This document shows positions 29,760-37,611 of a stretch of 64,000 nucleotides of DNA, piece by piece (within the stretch, counting starts at the first letter, position 1; every line of letters starts with the position of its first letter). The notes under the pieces were generated by a model. The model was not told the origin of the DNA and ran no database searches. It was given only the letters and a program-made list of their open reading frames with translations. This stretch comes from Thermodesulfobacteriota bacterium. GTDB taxonomy: Bacteria; Desulfobacterota; Desulfobaccia; Desulfobaccales; 0-14-0-80-60-11. Location of the stretch: assembly GCA_049322355.1 (NCBI GenBank), contig JBMORG010000011.1, positions 186,597 through 250,596 on the forward strand, written 5' to 3'. Both the position numbers and the translations under genes were made by a program.

Positions 29760-31134
29760 AACCTTAGTCGCCCTGCTGCGCCTGCTCCTGGGACTGGGGG
29801 CCGTGTTTTTCCTCGGATATGCCTGGCTGACCATTCTCGCCCCTCATCCCCGGGATTTCACTTTCCAGGAGCGGGCTGCCTTCAGCTTCGGAGTCGGAGC
29901 CCTGGGCCTCACCTTTTGGATGCTGGCGCTGACGTGGTGGGGAGTGCTCTTCAACCTTGGTCTGATTTTAGTCCTGCCCCTGGCCCTGGCCATCATTCTG
30001 CTGCTGACCCCCAGGGGCCGCGCCGCTCTCGTCCAGGACTTTAAGGCTTTTCGCGTTTCGGGGCGTTTACGGTTAAACGGATGGGACTGGCTCTTCCTGG
30101 GGTTGCTGCTGGCGGTGTTTATGTTTGCGCTGCCCCGGGCCGCCCTTTACCCCATGTGGGCCTGGGATGCGGTGGCTACTTGGGGCTGCAAGGCCCAAAT
30201 TTTTTATAGCAGCCGGGGTCTGGACCTGACCTGCGTGGACGCCCACAACTACTACCCCAACCTTATTCCGCTTTTGCTCAGTTACCTTTATTTCTGCATG
30301 GGGCAAGTGAACGATGCTTTGGTCCAGGCCGTTTTTCCGCTCTGGGGGGCGCTCCTCCTGACCCTGCTCTATTCATTTTCCCGGCGCTTGGGGTTGAGCC
30401 GCACCCAGGCTTTGGGACTGACGGCTTTCCTGGCGTTGAATGGCACTGTCTTCATCGTGCACCTCTACATCGCCTACGCCGACCTGCCCCTGGCCTTCTT
30501 CACCTTGGGAGGGGCTGGTCTCCTTTATCTCTGGCTGGCGGACGCGGCGCCCCGGGGCAGCCTGAGCCTGGCGGCCTGCTGTCTGGCAGCTATGGCCTGG
30601 TGCAAGTATGAGGGCCCTCCCCTGGCCGCCACCCTGCTTTTGGCTGCGGCGCTGACTTTGGTCTGGCTGCGCCCCGCCCACTGGGTCAGCCGGCTCAGCA
30701 GCCTGTCCATCCCCCTGGCCGGCCTCATTGGTGGCTACCTTCCCTGGCGGCTCTTCGCAATCCAGCAAAAAATGGAAATCGGCGCCGACCACATCCAGAG
30801 TTTTTATCCTCACCAGATGTCTAAAGCCGGATTCTATCTGCTGGCCGGCCTGGGGGAGCCCTTTTATTTCGGGATTCTCTGGCCAGCCTTGGCTCTGACT
30901 CTCATCTTCGCAGGGGCACGCCTGTGGCGCTCCCCCCGCCTCTTCCTGGCGCTCGTCGTGGGCGGCAATCTCCTGGCCATCCTCCTGGCCTATGCCGTGG
31001 CTCCCACCGCAGCAGCAGAGTTTCCCGCCTATGTCCGGGCCACCCTGGACCGCCTGCTGCTCCACCTCACCCCCGTAGCCGCGCTGCTGTTGGCTTTGGG
31101 GCTTAAGGATTTTGGGCCTGAAAGCGGGTTTTAG
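29752..31134 (+). CDS. Polytopic membrane protein, probable GT-C fold glycosyltransferase
   Basis: Many TM segments; PMWAWDA..W..KA, YPNL, YADLP, KYEG motifs; follows a GT2 gene. Confidence 0.65.
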   Translation: MIETLVALLRLLLGLGAVFFLGYAWLTILAPHPRDFTFQERAAFSFGVGALGLTFWMLALTWWGVLFNLGLILVLPLALAIILLLTPRGRAALVQDFKAFRVSGRLRLNGWDWLFLGLLLAVFMFALPRAALYPMWAWDAVATWGCKAQIFYSSRGLDLTCVDAHNYYPNLIPLLLSYLYFCMGQVNDALVQAVFPLWGALLLTLLYSFSRRLGLSRTQALGLTAFLALNGTVFIVHLYIAYADLPLAFFTLGGAGLLYLWLADAAPRGSLSLAACCLAAMAWCKYEGPPLAATLLLAAALTLVWLRPAHWVSRLSSLSIPLAGLIGGYLPWRLFAIQQKMEIGADHIQSFYPHQMSKAGFYLLAGLGEPFYFGILWPALALTLIFAGARLWRSPRLFLALVVGGNLLAILLAYAVAPTAAAEFPAYVRATLDRLLLHLTPVAALLLALGLKDFGPESGF

Positions 31135-31382
31135 GTTTTGGGTTCTGGGTTCTGACGGCAGGTTTTGGGTTTTGCTAACATCGAGTTGCGACTCTGCGAA
31201 AGTCTCGTGTACGACAGCCCCTGGCGAGGATACCTGTCCTCCACATTCTTCATCATTCTTGCCTTACAGACAGGGGTAGGGTGCGCACCGCGCACCATTT
31301 TTTGCGGAATGCCCGCCCCAATGCTGTTGCTCGGGCCTTGAGGACGAAACCCCCAGAACCCAGAACCCAAAACCCAGAACCC
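31134..31382. repeat. Inverted heptamer arrays (GGTTCTG)n ... (CAGAACC)n enclosing a GTAG REP
   Basis: ggttttgggttctgggttctg at 31134; cccagaacccagaacccaaaacccagaaccc at 31352-31382. Confidence 0.7.
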
Positions 31383-32431
31383 TATTTATGCCCCTTACAA
31401 AGAATCTCCCCCGGTGCCCCCAGATCTCCCCGAACCTCAAATTTTGGCTTCAAAAACTGCTCAATTACCCAGATATTGGTGAGGAGATGCGAGGTAACAG
31501 CTTCGGTGGTTATGATGGATGGTCCCCGGGCCAGAGCCAAGTAGAGAAGAATCTGGTCGGCTAAATGAAGGTCCAGGGCGGCCCCGCTCTCTCGAAAAGC
31601 CAGATAGGCATCTACCACTTCATCCGCCACCTGCTCCGCCGGCTTGCCCCGGGCCCCCAAGGCGCTGAACCCGGCCCGGGGACCCCACAGAAAGACAAAA
31701 CTGCCGGGAGCCTGGCCGCTGGCGGAGATGATCTCCACCGGCACCGCTTCTCCCAGGCGGGCCGTGAGCCTGGCCCCTTGGCGCCGGGCCACGTGCTCCG
31801 GCAATTTGGAGGACCCGGATAAAGCCCGGAAAGCAGCCGGGATGGCAGGGGTGCGCCACTCGATGCCGGCAAGGGCGCGGGCCGGCATGATTTTAAGGCA
31901 TACCTCCCCACCGCCTTTGGGGTACCAACCCCAGCGCTCCAGTGATATTTCCGCCCTGGCCCCCAATAAAGCCAGGGCCGGCAAAAAAACCTGGCTGAGG
32001 TAATGGACCGGGGGACTCCAGGGCACGTGGGTCCCCCCTTTGAGGATAACTGTGGCGGGCGTCTTAGCCTTCAGGAGGGGAGGCAGCAGGGCCTGGGCAA
32101 TGAGGCTGACGGCCCCGGCACTGCCGGTGGTTTGCGCCACGTCGAATGAATATTGGCCCCCTTGGGGGGTGCGGGGCTTGAAAGTGAGTTCCTGGCTGCC
32201 CAGGTGGGCCCCGGTGACCTCCGCCTGGGAAACCCGGGCCAATGCTTGAACTGCGGTGAGGTGCTGGGGCCGAAGGCCCGGCTTGGGGCGGCCGGCCCGG
32301 ATACGTTGAATCTGGACTGGGACTCCGGTTACAGCCGCCAAAGAGAGGGCGGTGCGCAGAATCTGCCCGCCCCCTTCGCCATAAGAACCGTCCAGATGCA
32401 GCATTGCGCCTGAGGAACTATGGGCCGACAC
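31382..32431 (-). CDS. rtcA: RNA 3'-terminal phosphate cyclase
   Basis: DGSYGEGGGQILR, RPKPGLRPQHL, GGTHVPWSP, GWYPKGGG, HLADQ, HLLTN. Confidence 0.95.
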   Translation of the reverse strand: MSAHSSSGAMLHLDGSYGEGGGQILRTALSLAAVTGVPVQIQRIRAGRPKPGLRPQHLTAVQALARVSQAEVTGAHLGSQELTFKPRTPQGGQYSFDVAQTTGSAGAVSLIAQALLPPLLKAKTPATVILKGGTHVPWSPPVHYLSQVFLPALALLGARAEISLERWGWYPKGGGEVCLKIMPARALAGIEWRTPAIPAAFRALSGSSKLPEHVARRQGARLTARLGEAVPVEIISASGQAPGSFVFLWGPRAGFSALGARGKPAEQVADEVVDAYLAFRESGAALDLHLADQILLYLALARGPSIITTEAVTSHLLTNIWVIEQFLKPKFEVRGDLGAPGEILCKGHK

Positions 32432-32482
32432 TCACTAGGTCGGCCCGGATAATTTGGTGCATTTCAATACAAAAATGCCAGC

Positions 32483-32695
32483 TTAATCCAGGATAAAGAT
32501 AACCTCCATCTTCACCCGGTAGGTACTGATCTTGTTATCCTTAACCGAAACCCGCTGCTCCACGATACGCAGACCGGTGATACCCCGGAGGGTGCTGGCG
32601 GCCCGGTTGAAACCCACCTGTACCGCATCATCAAAGCCCTTGGGGGATTCGGCGATAATATGAGTTACCCTGGCGACATTTGTACCGTTTGACAT
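32483..32695 (-). CDS. Dodecin-family protein
   Basis: VARVTHIIAESPKGFDDA..RAASTLRGI..YRVKMEVIFILD. Confidence 0.85.
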   Translation of the reverse strand: MSNGTNVARVTHIIAESPKGFDDAVQVGFNRAASTLRGITGLRIVEQRVSVKDNKISTYRVKMEVIFILD

Positions 32696-32902
32696 GGCTC
32701 ATACCTCCTTAGGGATGTTCCGGCCGCTCTTTGCCGGTTTGATGCCGCAGCTTTGCCTGGATGCTGACTTCCTTAAGGTAAGGCCATTTATCGGCAATGC
32801 AAGGGAGATAGTAAAAGATTAAAGAAATTTGCAGCAAGGACAAGGCATCGAACTGCAGAATTTAATAGGCGAAAAAATATAATGACCAAGGCGTTAGGAA
32901 TT

Positions 32903-33637
32903 CTAACCTCCTCCACTATTCACCAGGTATGGGATTGGATCAAAGGCGCCCGCGGCCTCGAAGCCCTTAAGGCGCAGCCGGCAGGAGGAGCATCGCCCGC
33001 AGGCCCTAACCTCGTCCTGGTAGCAGGACCAGGTGAGTTCGAATGGGGCGCCCAACTCCAGACCCAGGCGCACGATGCCGGCTTTGTCCAAGTCAATCAA
33101 GGGCGTATAGATACGGATGTGGGTTTCGGGCCGGGTGCCCAACTCAATGACCCGCTCCAGGGCCTCAAAATACTCGGGCCGGCAGTCGGGATAGCCGGGA
33201 TTGTCCAAGACATTGGCGCCGATGAACACCGCCTGCGCTCCCAAAACCTCGGCCCAGGCCACCGCCGCGGCCAAAAGATTGGTGTTGCGAAACGGCACAT
33301 AAGTGGAAGGGATGCCCGGGGGTTCCAGCTCGTCGATGGGTACTGCCATGGAGAGGTCCGTGAGACTGGAGCCGCCGATTACCCCCAGGTAGTTGAGATC
33401 CACCTCCAAGGTGGTAGCCGCCCGAAAGAAGACCGCCTGAGCTCTAAAGGCCTCCAACTCCCGCTCCAGACTGCGCTGGCCATAGTTGGCATGGAACATG
33501 GCCAGACGGAACTCCCGGCGGGCCACAGCCGCGGTCACACAACTGTCCAACCCCCCGCTGGCCAGGACCACGGCGGTTTTCGGTTTCCGGTTTTCGGTTC
33601 TCGGTGATGCACCATAATTCTTTTTGACAGACATCAT
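32903..33637 (-). CDS. queC: 7-cyano-7-deazaguanine synthase
   Basis: SGGLDS, YGQR, TYVPFRN, GYPDCRPE, TWSCY..CGRCSSCRLR. Confidence 0.95.
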   Translation of the reverse strand: MMSVKKNYGASPRTENRKPKTAVVLASGGLDSCVTAAVARREFRLAMFHANYGQRSLERELEAFRAQAVFFRAATTLEVDLNYLGVIGGSSLTDLSMAVPIDELEPPGIPSTYVPFRNTNLLAAAVAWAEVLGAQAVFIGANVLDNPGYPDCRPEYFEALERVIELGTRPETHIRIYTPLIDLDKAGIVRLGLELGAPFELTWSCYQDEVRACGRCSSCRLRLKGFEAAGAFDPIPYLVNSGGG

Positions 33638-33731
33638 AAAACCTCATTTCTGAAAACAGGGAAAATCGCTGGACTGATTCAGAATGCCAGGCAAGGAGCT
33701 TTTACCGAAAACTGAAAACCGAAAACCGTCT

Positions 33732-34373
33732 TCACACTCCTCTTGCCTCCGGTCCCCAGATATATTTGTGGAGTTGGGGGTTCAAGCGCAAGGGCAGGCC
33801 GCTGTCCACAATCCAGGCCGCAGCCTCGGAAAGCGGAATTTTCCCGAATACCGGAGAGATCAGCACGGCCAAACGCTCCGTTAACCGATAATTTTTAATA
33901 ACTTTTAGACCCCAGGTGAAATCAGACCGGTCGCTCACCACGAACTTGACTTCATCCTGGGAGGTCAAAAGCTCCAAATTGGCCCAATCGTTGCGGTCCG
34001 CCATGCCGCTTCCCGGACACTTTATATCGACAATTCGATGCACCCGCTGATCTACGGAGCCAATGGACACGGTGCCGTTGGTTTCCAGGCAGACAGTGAA
34101 GCCGGCATCACACAAGTCCGTCAGGAGCACCGGGGTCGCGGTCTGGAGCAAAGGTTCGCCGCCCGTAACCAGGACCAGGCGGTGGGGCTGGGACCGGGCT
34201 GCCATAACCAGGTCCGTCACGGACATGGCCGAGCCACCTTCATAAGCGAATGGCGTATCACAATAACTGCAACGTAGATTACACCCTATCAGGCGGATAA
34301 AATAAGCCGGTAATCCTGCGCGGCTGGATTCCCCCATCAGGCTGACAAAGGTTTCGCTGACCTGGAGAGCCAT
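33732..34373 (-). CDS. queE: 7-carboxy-7-deazaguanine synthase (radical SAM)
   Basis: FVSLMGES, FIRLIGCNLRCSYCDT, TGGEPLLQ, ETNG, QLHKYIW. Confidence 0.9.
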   Translation of the reverse strand: MALQVSETFVSLMGESSRAGLPAYFIRLIGCNLRCSYCDTPFAYEGGSAMSVTDLVMAARSQPHRLVLVTGGEPLLQTATPVLLTDLCDAGFTVCLETNGTVSIGSVDQRVHRIVDIKCPGSGMADRNDWANLELLTSQDEVKFVVSDRSDFTWGLKVIKNYRLTERLAVLISPVFGKIPLSEAAAWIVDSGLPLRLNPQLHKYIWGPEARGV

Positions 34374-34684
34374 ATAATCCTATTTCCGATTTCAGTTCAG
34401 TATCAGTTATAATTATCCGCGTTGACCGCAATGAAAGCAACCATCGCCTCCATCCAAAAAAATTCTTGCTGAAAATTTCCATGAAGTCCTTTGATTGCTT
34501 GTTGGAAAAACTCCAAATTAAGCAAAATCTAACTTTTCTTCACGCATAACTTTTTTTAACTCCTTTTCCTTATTTTCTTCTATACAGTAACAAGCCGTGA
34601 TTATGCATTTTTTCACATGATTTTTCCATTGCGTTTGGGACTGACCTGCCATAAAATAGTTTCCGTTTCGGGGGAAAAGACAGT

Positions 34685-35218
34685 ATGAGCACACCTGGCC
34701 CCGCCACGCCAGTTAAGCCCGTGGTCAGTTTACTGTTGGCCAGGGAAGACCTGGGGCCGGCTCTGGTGGAACGACTTGCCGAATATTTCGGACCTCCTGA
34801 CCTTGTAGGACCCTGGTGGCCGTTCGACATTACCGCCTACTATAGCTCGGAAATGGGCTCAAATCTGGGCCGCCGCCTGGTATCCTTCCTCCACCTGGCC
34901 GATCCCGCCGGCCTGGCGGACTGGAAGGTGTTTACCAACGAGTTGGAGCAGACTTTCAGCCTGGGGGAACGGCGGCTGGCTAACCTGGACCCGGGATATG
35001 TGGCCAGAGAACGACTGGTCTTGGCCACCGGCAAAAACTACTCTCACCGCATTTACCTGGATCAAGGCATTTACGGAGATTTAACCCTGCTCTATGAACA
35101 GGGAAGCTTTCGGCCCCTGCCCTGGAGCTACCCGGATTACGCCCAGGGGGAGATGCCGGCGCTGTTGGATTTGGTGCGCCATAAATACCTCTGGCAATTG
35201 AAGGCGATGGCGGATTGA
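34685..35218 (+). CDS. DUF4416-family protein
   Basis: TAYYSSEMG, NLDPGY..LVLATGKNYSHRIYL..GIY..PWSYPDY. Confidence 0.85.
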   Translation: MSTPGPATPVKPVVSLLLAREDLGPALVERLAEYFGPPDLVGPWWPFDITAYYSSEMGSNLGRRLVSFLHLADPAGLADWKVFTNELEQTFSLGERRLANLDPGYVARERLVLATGKNYSHRIYLDQGIYGDLTLLYEQGSFRPLPWSYPDYAQGEMPALLDLVRHKYLWQLKAMAD

Positions 35219-36105
35219 TCAAGAGCATGACCGCGTATGGGCGGGGGGAAGTGGAGACCCCCGGCTTCAAGTGGGTGGTGGAACTAAAAAGCGTCAACCA
35301 TCGCTTCCTGGAACTCTCCCTCAACCTGCCCCGGCGTTTCTGGGCTCTGGAGGACCGGTTCCGCAAACTCATCAAAGGCCGCCTGGCTCGAGGCCGGGTG
35401 GATATGCAGCTCTCCTGGGAATCCTTGGCCGCAAAGTCTTTGACTCTGAGGCTGGATGAAGGCATGGTAGCCGAGGTCCGGGCAGTGCTGGAGAACCTCC
35501 GGCAGGCCGGCACTGTCTCGGAATCGCTGAAGCTGGAGCATTTTTTACATTTCTCGGACCTGATCGTAACCAAGGAACAGGCTGATCTGGACCTGGAGAT
35601 GGAAGAAACCTGGGAGACGGTATCCCAGGCGGTCAATCAAGCTCTTGATCTCTTGGAGGAGATGCGAGTTACCGAAGGCCTGGCCCTGGCTGCCGACCTG
35701 GCCGGCCACCTTGAGGATATCCGCCAGGAAGTCAACCGAATTAATCTCCAGGCCCCCCATTTGCCTCAACTCTGGAGGGAGCGGGTCGCGGCCCGGCTGG
35801 CGGAGCTTTTTCCCGAAGGTGCGCCGGTGGATGAAATTCGCCTGGCCCAGGAAATCGCGTTGATGGCCGAACGCCGGGATGTGGCCGAAGAATTGGCCCG
35901 GCTGGAAAGCCATCTGGGACAGTTTCAACAAACCCTGACCAGCGACGCGCCAGTGGGACGCAAACAGGAATTCTTGCTCCAGGAAATGCTCCGGGAAGCC
36001 AACACCATCGGCTCCAAGGCCAGCGACCTGACCATTTCCCAGTCAGTGCTGGAAATTAAAGGCTCCCTGGAGCGCCTCCGGGAACAGGTGCAGAATATCG
36101 AGTAA
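35215..36105 (+). CDS. yicC: YicC/YloC-family endoribonuclease
   Basis: SMTAYGR, KSVNHRFLE, EELARLESH, GRKQEFLLQEMLREANTIGSK, REQVQNIE. Confidence 0.93.
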   Translation: MIKSMTAYGRGEVETPGFKWVVELKSVNHRFLELSLNLPRRFWALEDRFRKLIKGRLARGRVDMQLSWESLAAKSLTLRLDEGMVAEVRAVLENLRQAGTVSESLKLEHFLHFSDLIVTKEQADLDLEMEETWETVSQAVNQALDLLEEMRVTEGLALAADLAGHLEDIRQEVNRINLQAPHLPQLWRERVAARLAELFPEGAPVDEIRLAQEIALMAERRDVAEELARLESHLGQFQQTLTSDAPVGRKQEFLLQEMLREANTIGSKASDLTISQSVLEIKGSLERLREQVQNIE

Positions 36106-36107
36106 TT

Positions 36108-36207
36108 TAAGGTAATTGTTAAAAGTCCCTTCTTTTATTTCCCCCTCCCCTCAGGGAAGAAGGTTAGTGTGAGGGGGGAAAAGAAAAAACTTTTGGCAAC
36201 TATTACA
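36108..36207. mobile_element. Degenerate TIR-X MITE with CCCCTCCCC..GGTTAG.GTGAGGGG cargo
   Basis: Left end taaggtaattgttaaaagt, right end aacttttggcaactattaca, matching the ends at 49198-49369. Confidence 0.55.
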
Positions 36208-36221
36208 GGAGGATATCAACC

Positions 36222-36503
36222 ATGGATGGTCGCTTAATCAACATCGGTTTCGGCAATACCGTAATCTCCCATCGGGTGGTGGCGGTGGTCATGCCCGGCT
36301 CTGCCCCCATGAAACGCCTGCGGGAGCGGGCCACCCAGGCCGACCGCCTCATCGACGCCACCCACGGCCGCAAGACCCGCTCCATTATCGTCACCGACAG
36401 CAACCACATCATTCTGTCAGCGGTTCACGCGGAAACCCTCTCCCTGCGCCTAAACGGACACGGCAGCAGCTCGCGACCTGAGCCGGGGGAAAAGGACACC
36501 TAG
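36222..36503 (+). CDS. remA: RemA/DUF370-family protein
   Basis: [40 protein letters not shown]. Confidence 0.9.
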   Translation: MDGRLINIGFGNTVISHRVVAVVMPGSAPMKRLRERATQADRLIDATHGRKTRSIIVTDSNHIILSAVHAETLSLRLNGHGSSSRPEPGEKDT

Positions 36504-37114
36504 TGCCCGGGGAAATTTTCGTCATCACCGCCCCCTCCGGGACCGGAAAGACGACTCTCCTAAAGCCATTGATGGCCGAAGACCCCAATCTCCGGTTTTC
36601 CATTTCCTTTACCACCCGGCCGCCCCGGGCCGGGGAGGTTGACGGCCAGGACTACTTCTTCGTCAGCCCGGAAGAATTTCAGCGCCTGCGGGATACGGGG
36701 GCGCTGGTGGAATGGGTGGAACAATTCGGCTTCGGGTACGGCACTTCCCGAGATTGGGTCCGGAAGATGGTGGAGTCGGGCGCTGACCTGGTCTTTGACC
36801 TGGATTCTCGTGGAGCCCGGTCCCTCAAGAGCGAGTTTCCCCAGGCCACCCTGGTCTTCATCCTGCCCCCCAGCCTTCCGGAACTGGAGCGGCGTCTTAA
36901 GGGGCGGGGCAACCTGGACCCTCAGGAACTGGCCCGGCGCCTGGAGAATGGCCGGGCAGAACTCAAAGAAGTGAGTTGGTATGATTACCTGGTGGTCAAC
37001 GACGAGATTCCCGCCGCCCTTTACCGCCTTAAAGCCATTGTCGAATCCGCCCGCTGCCGCACTTCCCAACTTTGGCCTTATCTGGCCAGCCGTTATTTGC
37101 GCAACAATCCCTGA
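36503..37114 (+). CDS. gmk: Guanylate kinase
   Basis: APSGTGKTT, TTRPPRAGEVDGQDYFF, YGT, FILPPS, YDYLVVND. Confidence 0.95.
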   Translation: MPGEIFVITAPSGTGKTTLLKPLMAEDPNLRFSISFTTRPPRAGEVDGQDYFFVSPEEFQRLRDTGALVEWVEQFGFGYGTSRDWVRKMVESGADLVFDLDSRGARSLKSEFPQATLVFILPPSLPELERRLKGRGNLDPQELARRLENGRAELKEVSWYDYLVVNDEIPAALYRLKAIVESARCRTSQLWPYLASRYLRNNP

Positions 37115-37184
37115 TATTTCTTAAATAATAGAAATCCTGGCAAGAAAAAGCAGGGCCATAGCTTACTCTGCCGAGAAGTAACAT

Positions 37185-37533
37185 TATGGCGTTTGCCGAA
37201 GTTGTTGCTGATTATCCGGTTATAGCGTTTGCTAAAAGTTCCTTCCGATAGTCGGTGCCCGTTTTCAAAGGGGGACTTTCAAAGGAACTCCACTAAGTTC
37301 CCCCCTTTGAAAAAGGGGGGTCAGGGGGGGTTGGAGTTTTAGAAGCAAGGCCCGTAATGGAAAAAACTTTTGGCAATGACTCTAGATTTGTCACTCTGAG
37401 CGCGGCAAAGCGATTAAGGATCCAAGAATCTCGCTTTTTTTGAAATTCTTCGGTCGTTTTGCTCCTTAAGAATGACAATCATGGGTGGCTCATAAGTCTC
37501 TCGAACCAAAAGACTCTTTTGGCAATTATTATA
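37185..37533. mobile_element. Nested TIR-X MITEs (inner element 37221-37384)
   Basis: Outer element matches 49198-49369; inner element has the same TATAGCGTTTGC..AAAGTT / AACTTTTGGCAA ends but a CCCCCCTTTGAAAAAGGGGGG cargo. Confidence 0.75.
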
Positions 37534-37611
37534 AAGTTTCGTCAGGGGTTTTCTTTTCCGCCAGAGGGTCGGTCCTCCTCCAGAAACCCCACCAGATCGC
37601 TTTCCACCGCT

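Noticed and set aside
31382-32695. rtcA as part of an RNA-repair operon countering the HEPN toxins
   Set aside because: No rtcB, rtcR or Ro/Y-RNA adjacent, and 16 kb from the TA pairs; the link is unsupported
32903-34373. queC/queE as a Dpd DNA-modification or QatABCD defence locus paired with the EVE nuclease
   Set aside because: Canonical-length genes of host-like composition in a housekeeping context; no dpdA/tgt-like, qat or ATPase partners; about 8 kb from the nuclease
34374-34684. preQ1 riboswitch upstream of queE
   Set aside because: No recognisable preQ1 aptamer by eye; the region looks like an AT-rich divergent promoter
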